Part shown: piece after piece, positions 15,548 to 30,298 of the stretch | How positions within the stretch are numbered: the first letter of the stretch is position 1 | Layout: each line of letters starts with the position of its first letter | Source: Chrysomallon squamiferum | Taxonomy: Eukaryota; Animalia; Mollusca | NCBI GenBank assembly: GCA_012295275.1 | Contig: CM022673.1 | Coordinates: 15,314,001-15,378,000 of the forward strand | Reading direction: 5' to 3' | DNA: 64,000 nucleotides | Translations under genes and position numbers: made by a program | The notes under the pieces: generated by a model | What the model was told of the DNA's origin: nothing | What the model saw: the letters and a program-made list of their open reading frames with translations, nothing else | Databases searched by the model: none

Positions 15548-16029
15548 CAGTTATATATTTCTGTACCTATAGGAAAGGTAAGACGGTTAGATTAATACTC
15601 AAAGACAAGGCTCATATAATATAATATTAATATATACGATTTAAAGCATATAAATATGCTTATGGAATACCGTAAATACAACAAAATCAAATTATATAAG
15701 TATTATACTAATATATTGAATATAAAGAAGAAAAACGAATTATATACATATATACATGAACCTTTACAACGTCCAGTCGCACAAGGTACGCGTCCCTTTT
15801 TCGGACTATTAGAAAAACACCAAGGAACACCTGTACCATCAGGGTCACGACAGTAGTTTGCAACATCAGACAAACGTTTTACATTAAATAAACCAGGATT
15901 TGTGAAATTGTGTTTGTGAGGTGACTGTGAATCCCATCTCTGGCAAATGGTAAATGTATTACTATTCTGCATCCCTTCATATATAGCGTGGCCATTCCTG
16001 ATGTAGTAGCATTCATTACCTGAGGACAA

Positions 16030-16061
<32 letters not shown>

Positions 16062-16976
16062 TATATATATGTGAAATAAAATTTAGAATGACAATGTAAA
16101 CAGAAACGAATAAGGTGTACCTGTGAAATGGTGACTTAAGTATATTGTTTATATTTGCATCGTGTTTGTTCATGGTTGTGAATCTATTCCAATAAAAAGA
16201 AAGATCATATATAGATTATCGAGAACTATATGCGCAATGCTTTTATGGTCAATAAATTTGGAATGAAAACATGGGAGAAATGTAAACCCTGGCAGTTAAT
16301 TAATGATTAAATAATTCGGCACTTACAAATTTGACGCGAACAATGTCGTTTGTATTGACTATTTCAAGAAAGCATATATAAAATATGATCTGGAAGAAAA
16401 CCTACTTGACTAACCTACCAGAACTTATTGACTATTACCAACTGTTATAACACTCCTCAAGAAATAAGTGATATATTGTGTAAATCAATAACAAAAGATA
16501 AATAAACAATATGTTAAGTCTTTCTTGACTAATAAAAATGTTCACTCATGTCAAATTCTAATGTTATTAGTGATAGATTTGCCACTACTTCATAGTAACA
16601 TCGGCGGAATAAGCGACTGACGCACAACTCTTAAACATTTTGCTGAGGTACCACTGTAGATGCTTACGTCAAAACCGAATTCAAAGCAAGGATTATACGC
16701 ATACCCAATAGCAAATATATATCATGAATTAGCGTCTTTAGTCTTCGATACGCAATTGCAGCTCAATAGCTTTTGCACTGAGATTATGCGCTCGCATTTT
16801 TTATAGTTGCTGCTTTTATGTGTATATATATTTTGTATTATACCCTACCCAATACGGCGCTCAATAAAACAAAAAGGTAATGCGACATTTTACATTTATT
16901 TATTTATTTATTTATTATTTTGGTTAGAAAGTTCACAGGAAAGAATTAGATTTATTTTGAAAAAGTTCTAGTCTGT

Positions 16977-17059
<83 letters not shown>

Positions 17060-18096
17060 AACCTTGACATTTTGAAATACCGCACGTATCCCATTTGATG
17101 CTGAACATCGTAGTAAAGCACCAAGGAAAACCGCTGCCGTCAGGGTCTCGACAGTAGTTTTCGGCGTCTTTTACAGATTTATCTGGAAACATGTAATCTT
17201 TTATAAATTTATGTCTGTGAGGAAACTGCGAATCCCATCGTTGACATTCTGTTCCGTACAAAGTGAACGCTTTATTTCCAGTATACATCGCGGAAGGATT
17301 ATAGCTAAGAGTGTAACAATTAGGACCTAAGAAATAAAATTGATATATGTTATATAAACGAATCATAATAATAATAATAAGAAGAAGAAGAAGAAGAACA
17401 ACAACAACAACAACAACAACAGCAACAGCAAGAAGAACAAGAACAAAAAGATGAAGAAGAAGAAAAAGAAGACGAACCGTGACACTTGTAATGGTGGTAG
17501 TAGTTATGTTGTTTTTGTTTATTTTGTTGTTAAATAAATAAATAAATAAATAAATATAAATCATGTCCTGTCCAAAGTACAAAAAAAAAAAAAAAAAAAA
17601 AAAACAGTTAAAGTAAATATAGCCTACCACGATATACATATTTTTTGTTTTCACATAATGAATAGTCTTTTCAATGTGGATCTTGCAATGATGAACGAAG
17701 ATAATTTAACTCGTAAACATTTGCAGTAATAATTAACTGGATGTAAATGAATACATACAAATAAACCGAAAAATATAGACCAGTCATAAAATGTGTCGAC
17801 AGATTTATTGATGTAGATCCTTTTAAAAGATCTAACAATTCATTTCGATGAATGGAATTTTAATTTAGGCCTTAAGTAACATGTGTGCCTCTAAAATATT
17901 TAGATAATAAAAATATGAAATGTTAACGTAATCCCTTAATATTTAATGCTCATTGCCTAAAATAAAATTAACTTTTTCAACCATACAATATCCGCATATG
18001 TACGTAAAGAGAGACGGTGAATTATAAATGTTTAAAAGCACACGAAGTTTGTATATTATAACTAAAATTAAATATAATTTAGCAGTTCGTCAATTT

Positions 18097-18127
<31 letters not shown>

Positions 18128-18253
18128 TTGTTTACTTACGTACATAGTTAGTTACTTAGTTAGTTATAAGTGAAGTTTCTCACCGGTGTTTATACTAGAA
18201 ACAGTGTATATCCACCTTAAAATCAAAATCAAATTCACACTCAAGAATGTCAT
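11438..18253 (-). CDS. Gene B: secreted five-kringle protein (plasminogen/apolipoprotein(a)-like kringles, no protease), ~447 aa
   Basis: Exons 18253-18184 (signal peptide), 17326-17063, 16019-15762, 15443-15213, 13611-13351 and 11697-11438 (TAG). All introns are GT-AG and phase 1. The joined frame is open (1344 nt) and each kringle has 6 Cys. Confidence 0.8.
13351..13611 (-). CDS. Gene B kringle 4 exon
   Basis: [16 protein letters not shown]...[13 protein letters not shown]...[33 protein letters not shown]; 261 nt. Confidence 0.9.
14041..14255 (+). mobile_element. SINE-like fragment (3' part) in gene B intron
   Basis: ggccattttttgttccaaccagtg...gtagcccatgaagtggcagcggcgggtttc...ccatataaccgtcaataaaatgtgttgagtgtgtc..aaataaaacat followed by a (cttt/ctt)-type tail. 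Resembles, from memory only, a gastropod SINE family. Absent from the equivalent C and D introns. Confidence 0.55.
14340..14530 (-). mobile_element. Degenerate THAP-type zinc-finger fragment of a DNA transposon
   Basis: Frameshifted read [11 protein letters not shown]...[27 protein letters not shown] matches the C-x4-C...FP(KP)...W pattern of transposon THAP domains. Confidence 0.55.
15213..15443 (-). CDS. Gene B kringle 3 exon
   Basis: [14 protein letters not shown]...RCQRWD...[19 protein letters not shown]...[10 protein letters not shown]; 231 nt. Confidence 0.85.
15762..16019 (-). CDS. Gene B kringle 2 exon
   Basis: NECYY...[13 protein letters not shown]...[17 protein letters not shown]...VPCATGRCK; 258 nt. 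Confidence 0.9.
17063..17326 (-). CDS. Gene B kringle 1 exon
   Basis: [16 protein letters not shown]...[13 protein letters not shown]...[19 protein letters not shown]...[10 protein letters not shown]; 264 nt, ag/GT bounded. Confidence 0.9.
18184..18253 (-). CDS. Gene B exon 1, signal peptide
   Basis: ttttcag|[27 protein letters not shown]|GTGAGA; homologous to the first exons of C and D. Confidence 0.7.
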
Positions 18254-19143
18254 CTGAAAATTAAAAGTCGAAATGTTTATTACAATAAAATATCTGATAC
18301 AAAAATGTAAACATTTACCTGTGTAATACTGAAATTTAATTCAAATGTAAACGAAGCTAAAAAAAGCATTGTAACTATTTATAAATATATACCATATCAA
18401 GAGTAATAAAATGAATTAATGTACGTGGCGCTTGGAAACTATACATCTGTTTTGTCATAAAATTAATATAAATCCATATGTTGTTTATATTTGTTTATTA
18501 AAATCTAACTGATAATATATGTATAGTTATATATATGAATGTGTATATATATGTATGTGCGTGCCCGTTTGTCTGTTCACAATCATCATAAAGTGTTATA
18601 TACACATGAAACAATTATGTGAAATGCATTTTCTTTTCATTTAAAAACCAAATAATAAATTGTATATAAATTAAAATTTGGAAGATTTATTTTATTTAGT
18701 CTTTTATCATGTTTATTCTGCACAGCGGTAAACAACATTATAAATACATGCTGGCAAACATCTGGGTTTATGTAAAACATTTTGATATTGGAACAAAGAA
18801 AAAAATGCTCATTTATTTACCTAAAAATACCATATTGTTTACATTGTATTATTCATTTTTTTATTTGAATTATTAACATTATTATTCTATTATCCATAGG
18901 TAATTACTGTTGTATCTTTCTTTTTAAATATTATATTATCAGTTTGAATCCACATCTTTTATGAAGAAGGAATATGCAGTGAAATATACTGGCTTTAAAA
19001 ATTACTGGGATGCATTTTGTTTCTAATCTTCTTATTATTCCTATAAGAAGCATATAACAATAATTGGAGGTACAATTATTTACACAACAGTCCTGTTCTA
19101 AGGTTCTTTTAGTGTTAATATGAGACTATTCACTTAATTATAG

Positions 19144-19198
<55 letters not shown>

Positions 19199-19569
19199 TA
19201 ATAATAATAGTAATAGTAATTACCCTTTGAAGCTCAGTTAAAATTTAATCAGTATCTTAAGAGTGAGCAGAGATAAAATAACAATTAAAACAAACGAAGA
19301 AAATAATAAGATTCACATTTCAAGACAAATGTTAAATAATAAAGAAAGAATAAAAATAATATTTTAAAATTAGTTTTGACATGCTTTCTATCATTACATT
19401 ACATAACACAATAGCATTTTCTTTACAGGATGAGTGAAAAATGTCTCTGTGCATACTTCGTAAAATCCAAAAGAAGTTTCCTGGATAATTTAAATATAGT
19501 AACGAAATAGTCTATCGGAAGCTGTCATAGTCTTGAATATGCATACTGTTATTTCGCCTCTGTACTCAT

Positions 19570-19600
<31 letters not shown>

Positions 19601-19953
19601 TTTTTGATATACACAGATTTATACAGGAAAATACAAACAAACAAACAGACAAACAAACAAACAACAACTAAAAAATCCCCAAACGAACAACAAAAACAAC
19701 AAGAAATAAATTAAATAAGATAAAATAAAATGAAATAAAAAAAATAAAAATACACATTAATATAAAAATCCTGCAACATTGCATAAGTAATAACTGCTTT
19801 TTCCAATGACACCACGCGCATTGTTGTTATGTAGGCGTTAAAATAAATGTTAAAATAAAAATAATAAACACGATTATTCAGTGAAATAGAATTCAGTTGC
19901 AGCAAATGGAGATAGCTATGTTATTGCTAATGGAATATATAATTTTTAAGGCC

Positions 19954-20046
<93 letters not shown>

Positions 20047-20544
20047 TTATATATGAGGTATATATAACGTACAAGAAAAAAATGGTTTCAATACATCATA
20101 CATTTAAACATTATTTCCACTTTTCTGTTTATAATTTATAATTTTCTCTGTTTGGTTTATAAGTTACTTACTATTTTTCTTCTTTGTGTTTCAGATGTTT
20201 TTGGACAATCTTGCTTTGAAAAATGCATCTTTATTCAAATCACCTTTAGAATAATAAAAGAAACAAAAACAGATTAATATGCTCTTTTATGCTTTCAGCT
20301 AGATACTTTTTCTCTGTAAATTGTCTTTTGTTTTACAGTGCCAAAAATTCTGATGAGAAAAATCACTTTTTAATGAATAAATAAAGCGTATATATTCATG
20401 ATATGGATATTACGAATTGAGCGCAGTGGCTGCTTTTGCCCATCAAAACATGCATTATATTCTAAAAATAGGAAGGAAGAGTTTTTGTACGATTTCTTAT
20501 CTTTAAAAAATAAAACAAATAAAATATATATATATATATATCTG

Positions 20545-20866
20545 AGCTCGTAACTCACGCACACATATCTTATGATGTTTCTATGATTTCATGCTTTAAT
20601 TCAAAGGAAATCATCCGCTTCTTCTTCTCAGCAATGTCCTTTGGACTCACATTCTTAGGATCCATGGTGAGAATAAAAAGAAAGAAATTTGTCAAATTCC
20701 TGCGCAAAACGCGAGCACAAAACAGAGATGCTCCAACGGCGAGGTAATCACGTGACTGTAAACGACTGAGACGCGGTATGTTGGGCGGATCTACTGTTGT
20801 TAGCTCGCAACTGAAAGCAAAAAATCTACCGGGTGAGTGTTTATAACTCGTAAATCAAGGTACCAC
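20545..20866 (-). mobile_element. Tigger/pogo-like transposon remnant
   Basis: TIR gtggtaccttgatttacgag (20866-20847). From ATG 20665 it reads MDPKNVSPKDIAEKKKRMISFELKHEIIE, a CENP-B/psq-type HTH start. Confidence 0.75.
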
Positions 20867-20979
20867 ACATACATACATACATAGAAGAATAACATGCATA
20901 TGTACAGAAACTAGAACATATTTAGAGGTAATAACTGAAATAATAATTATAATAAATACAAATACACATACATATATTC

Positions 20980-21014
<35 letters not shown>

Positions 21015-21371
21015 CTAATTTATGTACATCTATATGTTATTAGTGTATGTATGCCATGGACGCAGAGAGATAAATTCACACACAAACACACACATGAACA
21101 CACACACACACAAACACACACACAAACACACACAAAAACACACACAATATCGGGAAAGCAAAAATACAACTGGAATTATAAAAAAACAACAACAAAAACG
21201 AACAACAGCATTGCTGTAATCCACTTGTCGGCATTTATCATCTGTTCTATACCAATAGCTGAAACGTAAGATGGGGAACAAATGTAAGGTTCTTGTTTCT
21301 CTTTACAGCTTCATTACTGTGAGCATGAAACAGTTCTTTGATAAAAATCTGTATACTTACATATAGCAGCA

Positions 21372-21446
<75 letters not shown>

Positions 21447-21466
21447 CGCAGATGATATTAGTATAA

Positions 21467-21497
<31 letters not shown>

Positions 21498-22023
21498 AAT
21501 AATGAGATAATAAAATAAAATAGAAGAATAAATAATAAAATGCAGTCAACGTCAATGAAATTAAAAAGTCGGTTTATTTATGTATCAATAATCTGTGTTT
21601 GTTTCAAAATTCAAAAGTAAAACATTCAGCTACATTCAAAGCTGTGGATTGAGAAAGTTATTTCGGCAATTGTTTACCGTTATTTGGCCATTTCAAGAAA
21701 ATATTTATAAAATGTGATCGGAAAGATATGCTTTTATAATATTGTTATCGTTGTACAGGAACATTTTACAAATGACTATTGTGTCAAAAATGAAAAAAAA
21801 AGTTTACAAATCATGTAATTATTCCACTTGTGTTTCATATGTAGAAAGGGTACAAAAATCATTTTGGAAAAGAAGAAAAAAATTATATAAGTTTTTACTT
21901 CGAAACATTTTCTATTCTTTTTTTTTTTTTTGTATTCCTTTGTTAAAAAGCACATACATAGACACGCTAATGCACATATCGATACTTATATAATCGGTGA
22001 CCTTTTAGTAAACAATAATAATC

Positions 22024-22069
<46 letters not shown>

Positions 22070-22802
22070 AATATCTGGCTTTTATAATAGTGATGCATAT
22101 TTTTGGACAGGCTCGTTTATTAAATTAATTTTATTACTTTTGATATGGTTTTTATACACTACTGTTTATATTATTTTATATTTTTATTGTTTTATTTTAT
22201 TGTTATCGATTTGTTTTGACCTATTTAATATATATTTTTTTATTTATACTTTTTTATTTCATTTAATTTACTCTGGCATAATTTAATTTTTTTCATTTTA
22301 AAGTAACTTTTAATACTGTACAGGAATATTTAACAAAAAGGTGATTTTGAAGGATTGTTTTCTGTATGGGAATTGCTAATACATCTCAGCTGATAATTGT
22401 TAGTAATATGTGTTGTTTTTTTTTTTCTCTTCTCATTTTTTTAATTTATTTATTCTCCCGAAAGTTTTTGTGTAACACACTTTTTTGGATTATTTGTTTA
22501 TTTATTTATTTATTTATTTATTTTATTTAACAAAACTTATTTTTCAATTTATATTATATTAATAAATTAATTAATTATTAGTTTATTATTGTTGTTGTTA
22601 TTGTTACTATAATTATAATTATTATTATTATTAGTGTCATTTCTATTTCTGTCGTTTCCTTCAAAATAAATAAATAAATAAATAAATAAACTAATGAATA
22701 AATAAACAAAATTGTACCAGCTCTGTACCAAACAGATACAAACGTCACTTCCTTGGTTGAGAGTGTAATGAATGACTGCTTCAGCAAAGATGAGTTTTGC
22801 AG

Positions 22803-22983
22803 ATAAATATTCTCAAATGTATTTTATAATAATGAGTCAGAATTCAGTAGCATAATCTAAAAATGGAAGTAAGCACCTACAAAACAATATTTGTATAATT
22901 ATTTTTAAAATAAATTTATGAAAGTAAGGATATTTGAATTTTCAGTCTTATTACAATCTCTAGTTATGCAATAAACCATTACT

Positions 22984-23030
<47 letters not shown>

Positions 23031-24536
23031 TATATTTTAAAAATCAAATAAAGATTTCCTAATAGTTTCTAAATCACTACAAATTTTTAATTTTTAAATT
23101 TTTATGCTTAAAGTGCTTTTGATACAAAATAATAAGTAAAATAAATAAAATGAAATAAAAGAATAATAATATTAAAGTGTATTAAGACAATTTAAAATGC
23201 ACCACTTTTCACTGTGTGTTTAAAAATGTTCTTATTATTTACTTATTTAGTACACATAAGCTTTATTTCTTAGGTCTGAATTGTTAGGGATGACCTTCGG
23301 TGCATACTGAAACTAAAGCAGCTAATATAAATGGAATAGAGTGTCAACGATGGCTCTCGAAGTTTCCTCACAAACAACACTTTACAAGGGATGATATGTT
23401 TCCAGATAAATCAGCATGTGACGCCTGAAATTACTGTCGAAACCCAGGCATGTTTGTTTTTTCCTCTGTGCTGTACTAAGAAGCCCAGCATTAAATGGGA
23501 TAGGTGCGCATTTCTCCATGTCAAGGTAAATGTCTTTCTCTCTGTCTCACACATAAGCAGACAAACACATATACTGTCTAAATAATCACTGAAAACACAA
23601 TTTATTTACCGTATATGTGTGTAGCTTTCACGTCACTGGTTAGATTTTTGGTTCACTTTCAATGTTTGTGTCTTTCTGTGATTTTAGTGATTATTCGAAA
23701 TTTGAAGACGTCACTTTGAACTTTTAATGACAGCAGCATGGTATTTTAAATGGCTCATCATATGGTTGAAAAATGATGAAGTATATTCACAGGGGGCATA
23801 AAAAGTATGAGGATCATGGGGAAAGTTGATACTTGTCAAGATAATTTAGAAACACACGAATCGTAGTATGAAACAACATTCATCGAAAGAAATGAATAAG
23901 CAACTTTTAAAGAATCATGAGTTTAATCTATATTACATTTATTATTTATATTACATTATTATCAAGTTTATTATTGATTTACCCTATACATTTGCTATTA
24001 GCAATGTCTAGTAGGTAAGTCAAGTAGGTTTTCATTCAGATTACATTTTGTAAATATTTCCTTGAAATGTTCAGTACAAACGACATTGTCCGTGTCAAAT
24101 TTATAGTTACCACTAGAATGTCCAGTGCCTAAATTCTGTGATCATTGCTGTACTTAAGTCTTTTCTCTTTTATCCCAGGCTTAAAATTTCATCAATGTTG
24201 TCATTGGCAATTTATTAATCATAAAAGCATTGGATGCTATTATGCCATGAAGAACCACGCTTCATGCTGAAGAAGAATGTAAACAAAGAAAGTGTTTGGC
24301 AGAGATGGGATACACAGTCACCTCACAAACACAGTTTCACAAATCCTGGTTTATTTAATGCAAAACATTTATCTGATTTTGCAAACTACTGTCATGACCC
24401 TGATGGTACGGATGTACCTTGATGTTTTTCTGATCATCTGAAAAAGGGACGCTTACCTTGTGTGATTGCACGCTCAAAAGGTATATCTGTCTGTCTGTCT
24501 ATCTATCTATCCATCCATCCATCCATCCATCCATCC

Positions 24537-24624
<88 letters not shown>

Positions 24625-25949
24625 GTCTGTGTCTATCTATCTATCTAAATATTTAGATTATATATGCATTGGTTTTATTGTATACCTGTGAATATATTTT
24701 CAGGCTGTTTCACTATTAGGAATAATTGTGCTTGATATTATGGAACTGAACAGATCACTCGTAGCGGACTTAAGTATCACAGATGGGACAAGGTAATAGA
24801 TGCAGGTAAGTCATATACCCAAGACTCGTTTCCAGAGCGTTCTCTATCCAGTTTCGAAAACTTATGTCGTGCTACACGGTTAGGAAATTCCTACACGGGA
24901 GGCTTGTGGTGTAATGCCTTGTCCAGGTTATATATTTATTTATTTTTACATTTACGCTTTCATTATATACAAATTTCATTATCCAATTATCAAATGATTA
25001 TGCGACATTACGAATAGATAATTACTTAATGAAATGGTAATATCAAATAGTGTTGAGATTGCAAACGTTCGTATGACTTCGTCTAAATTCCAAAATAAAT
25101 GTTATATGATGTAAACTTTAGTGTCGATGGTCTGAGGAGAAAAATATACATTAAAATGTCCAGTCGAATATGAAAATGTTGCAATAAATAGTCGCGTATA
25201 GAAACACTCTTTGAAAAAGAATAAGTAGATTACTCAGATTATGTAAGGTGATTTATTAAATGAAATCGTTGTCACTGAAAGAACGTCAAAATCCCCACTC
25301 TGATAGGCAACAAACAAACAACTGATCAAAACAAATACATTTTACCTTGATCCGATGTGATTTTCACAGTTCTAAACTAACGAGAGCTGAAAGTCTGGCA
25401 GCTGAAAGTTCGTGAGACTCTTGAACAATGTTTTAATAACAGAATTACATCTGGTTAGAAACAAATGATTATATTTTCATAGTAATTGGTCCTATGTTTT
25501 CTAAACAATGTAAACCTTAAATCACGAGAAACTTATTTCAAGAGATATATTTGTCAAATTTGCATTACCTATTGAATAAAGTGTTCTTTTTATGAAAACC
25601 TTTATACAGGTAGACTTATTGAGTTAAATATTATATTTTAGGCCTGTTTCAGCTGAAGGTGAACATGATATCATTGCTCAGTAAGAGTTGTCGTTTGTGG
25701 AAAGGTACTATTATTTTGATGTTTATTTCTGTGGAACACCATTATAGAGTTGTCGTTCCTGACGGGTTTTACAAATTCATTGTATGAAATTACATTGTTT
25801 AAGGTATAAATCAGTGAGATCTGAGATGATGATGTTGATGATAATAAAATTTTGTTTTGCTTTTTTGTTTGTTCTATTTTATTTTATTATTTTCTTTTGT
25901 TATTCCATCAATCCCATTATACCATGGGATAAATATTCCTGCTTTTCAG
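22803..25949 (+). pseudogene. P1: decayed kringle-gene paralog
   Basis: The start exon is reduced to ttttgcag|ATA. K1 (23274-23525) has several stops. K2 (~24232-24480) has lost its acceptor and has TGG>TGA. K3 (24704-24926) has a stop and an internal deletion. K4 is absent. Only the end of K5 remains (~25905-25949). Confidence 0.85.
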
Positions 25950-26083
25950 GTTTGTTTATTATTATAGCATTTCATTTGTTCATTTATTTGTATCATGTTT
26001 TTTTAAAATTAATTCTGCGTATGAAATAAGTTTGTTTTAGCTATCTTTAGCCTTGGTATGATAATGATGATGACGACGATTAT

Positions 26084-26121
<38 letters not shown>

Positions 26122-28479
26122 TCATTGAGGCTTTAGCGATCTTTTTTTTTTTTTTTTATAAAGTTTTATGAATTTGAAACCATACACATAAAAAAAAAAA
26201 AAAAAAAAAAAGATAATTAGTAAATTATTTCCGTACTGAAACAATTTATTTTGCGTAGATGTTATAACATTCACTTGTTCCCCCAAACATATTCAACAGA
26301 TGTCTGTTTTGAAGTGACCTAGACCAGGGAATCAATAGGAGATCGCATGTTTTATTGAAATACAGAACAAAGGAAAGGGTAGGAAATACGGCTATTTCTT
26401 TACAGTTTCGTAATATCTGCCTTACACATTCAGTGAATTAGAATTTGGCAGGGTATCTAAAGTATTTGTTTATCGGAAACTATAGTATGAATTTATTATT
26501 GTTGAATATGAATAACTCTTTAGGCCTCTTTAGTAAATTTATTTTTGACACATAGTTTTATATCAAGACGGAAAATATAAATATAAGGAAATAAAGAAAT
26601 AAACTTAAAAATCACAATGGTTCAGGTAAATAAATAAAGTTAAAATTTAGGAAATGCAGATACCAGTGTTAATGATTATGAAAAATAGAATGTAGACAAC
26701 AACTGGTTCAATGGAAATCGAATCAACAGAGAAATTACCTCTTTACTGATGTATAGCGATTCAGCTTGAGATTCGCAGACGAGGCAAGAAGCTCCAGGAC
26801 TGTCGTGTGATGGAGGTATATACTCCCTATGTCTGACCTTACACTGTGCGCATGTATTCCCCTGGTCAGTAGTATTCCCTAAACAGAAATCTGTAAAGTT
26901 CCTATGGAATGAACTACGGAGGGCCTTTAATTATCTGACCGTTAACAATAAAATAGTCTTTTTCTGTCGATACAGTATACATTCAAACTTTGTTAGTTTA
27001 CTTAACTTTAGATGTTTCCTTTCTAAGCTAGTAATAACATTATTAAATATTATTTTACAAGCGTTTTAATGTATAATAATTATAATCTCTTTTTTTTATT
27101 TATAATTTTCTTGTTTTGTTGAGAATTTACTTTATTAGGTAAATTATCATTTATTTTTTCAAGTGAATCTTTTGGGATAATGCTCGTTGATTTAAATTAA
27201 CCTTTCAATATTCATTCCAAAAAAAATAAAAAATAAAATAAAAATAAATTACTTACGATCTATATGCCTTTCAATTAGATGTCTTTTCTTCGTAAATTTT
27301 CTTTTAGTCACAAAAATGTGAACGTTCACTTTAAAATAAGTAAATTAATAATATGTCATTTGTCAAAGTTTACTAAGAACTGAACGCAGTGAAAGCTTTC
27401 TTCTACGAGGACGTCTGATATTCTTAAATTAGAACGGAAGGTTTTCGTTTCTTTATTTTATTGATTGTTTTTTTCTTGTTTTGTTTTTTATTATTTTTAT
27501 TTTATTATTATTTTTTTAATTATTATTATTTTTTTTTTTCTAGGTTTTTTTTTAAAATTATTATTAATTTCATTTATCTAAAGTGTGTGTGTGCGTGCGT
27601 GTGTGTGTGTGTGTATGTGTCTATTATATTATCTGTACATTTGTATGTTATAACTGTATGTGTCCCGTAGACAAATGACCCATAGGTGGTGTGTGTTCAT
27701 AGAGGTATGTACGAATGGATGTATATGTGTATCTACATTTATGAACATATGTTTGCGTGTTTCAGAATGCTTATATACATCTTGTTAAAATACAATATTT
27801 TTATAATTTATTTGAAAGAATACTTAACAGCCCCATTTGTACCTCTGATTATGGAACAAAATGTCAGTCATGATCCTGATAAATCTTGTGTACTATACCA
27901 TCAGTAATGTCTTGGAAAGGAGAAGTGTTCTTTTAAATCGTGTTATCTATATATGCTGTTGTATTTGTGTTATACTGATATACAGCTTTCACCTCAAACA
28001 GTCAGTGATTTCGAATAAGTAAGCTATTTTGAAACAGAACACATTTCTGATATTGATGACACCGAAAAACACCATCATAATAACATCCAATTCATTTAAG
28101 AAACTAAATTTAATAATATAGTCAATTTTAAATAAAATATAAATGTTCTACATACGACAGATTTCTATATTATGAAATATCTGAAATGTTTATGTTTCGA
28201 GTAATTATTCGATGTATATTTTATTATATTCATTCTATTTCAGGATTTACGGTAATATTTTGAGTACAACTGTTTAACCAAGTAATAGTTTTATAAAAGA
28301 AGAAAAAAGTTTTATAAACTCTGGCATAAAGTATATTTAGAAAGATGAAGTAGTTTTTTCTTTTTGAAATTTGTATTCCTTTCTGTATACATATGCATAT
28401 GTTTTATTTTTTCCTTTTAGGGTAAACTTTAGTACTGCATAGCTCCAAAAAATTGTTTTGAAGCATTTTTTTCTGAATT

Positions 28480-28728
28480 GAACTAAAGCGAATTCTATAA
28501 ATGAAATAAAATGTTAACGATAGCACTCGCAATATCATGACAAGCAGCACTTTACAAGGGATGATATGTTTCCAGATAAATCAGTATCTGACGCCTTAAA
28601 CTTCTGAAGAGGCGCCGGCAAGTTCGGTTTTCCTTGGTGCTATGCTATGTGGCACATCGTTTCGTCGGATAAATGCAGTATTTCTCGATGCCAAGGTTAG
28701 TCTCTCTCTCATATTTATTTTTCCGTTT

Positions 28729-28760
<32 letters not shown>

Positions 28761-29761
28761 TTGGACGCAGACGCAAGTGGTTTCAATATAAATATATTTA
28801 TATAACTTTCTTGTGTCTTCTTGTCTACATAATCACTTATGAAATAATTTATGCACCAGTATTATCTTTCTGCACTGATAATTTAGAAACACACTGAGCA
28901 TCTAAGCGTAGGATGAAATGACACCTATCGAAAGAAATGATTAGACGACCGCTAAAAAGTCAGGCCTACAATGATTTCATCATCAGTTTTATTTACTTCC
29001 AATTAAACTATTAAGACAAAATGAGTGCGAAGTACTCCTCAATCGTTTACTCGATCGAGAAGGCTATTACCAAGTAGTAATTTACCTGACTGTGTACCAC
29101 TACAATAAATTCTGCTGCTATTTTACTAATGTTGGATATTTCGCATGCTCAAACACTGACATAAGTAAGAAATACTCTACATTATGAATTTTACTTTTCT
29201 TTGTTCTCAAATTTGTTTGCAGGACTGTTATAGCACATGGTAGAGTAGTGTCTGGTACGTTAGTAAAATAGGAGTTCTTTCAGATCACATTTTAGAGTTC
29301 TTGGTATTACAAAAAAGAATCTTCAACATTATGGTACAGTTTTATTAGAAGAGATTCGCTGCCATAAGGAAATAAGATGGAAGTACAGACATTATATTTA
29401 AGCAATCATTTCGTTGATCCACCGATACACTTTAAGAAAATCAGTTTTGTTTAGATTGTGGATTCTAACCAGTATTTGTTATATCTCTTGCTCTTTTTCA
29501 GAGTTGAATGCTATTATGCCATGAAGAATCACGCTCTTTATCCAGGAAAGAAGAATGTAAACAAAGAAAATGTTCTTGCCAGAGATGGGATTCGCAGTCA
29601 CCTCACAAAATACAATTTCATAATTCCTGGTTTATTTAATGTAAAACGTTTGTCTGATGTTGCAAACTATTGTCGTGACCCTGATGGCACAGGTGTTCCT
29701 TGGTGTTTTTCTGATCATCCGAAAATGGGATGCTAACCATGTCTGATTGCACGCTGTAAAG
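28480..29761 (+). pseudogene. P2: truncated kringle-gene paralog (K1-K2 only)
   Basis: 5'-deleted K1 (~28480-28695) with stops; K2 (29502-29761) with indels and a TAA. After the (GT)n tract the sequence jumps to spacer, so K3-K5 are lost. Confidence 0.85.
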
Positions 29762-29867
29762 GTTTATCTACCTATTTATCTACCTATCAATGAACACACA
29801 TGCATACATACATATAAATGTTATGCTATGATATATTTGTGTGGGTGTGTGTATATATATATATATT

Positions 29868-29911
<44 letters not shown>

Positions 29912-30043
29912 GGTAACACAACACATTCTGCTGTTAAGCGTTTGTAGGTGTGAAACAATATTAAAATATGTAATGAAAAGAATGATTCAATTAAATAAAT
30001 ACTGTACAATTTCAAAAATGTACAATGTATAATCTGTCAGTTG

Positions 30044-30298
<255 letters not shown>

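Noticed and set aside
18254-18390. TATA box (18383-18376) plus a short 5' UTR exon and 65-nt intron for gene B
   Set aside because: Plausible, since the ATG exons start at acceptors, but such motifs arise by chance in AT-rich DNA and are not clearly conserved in C and D.
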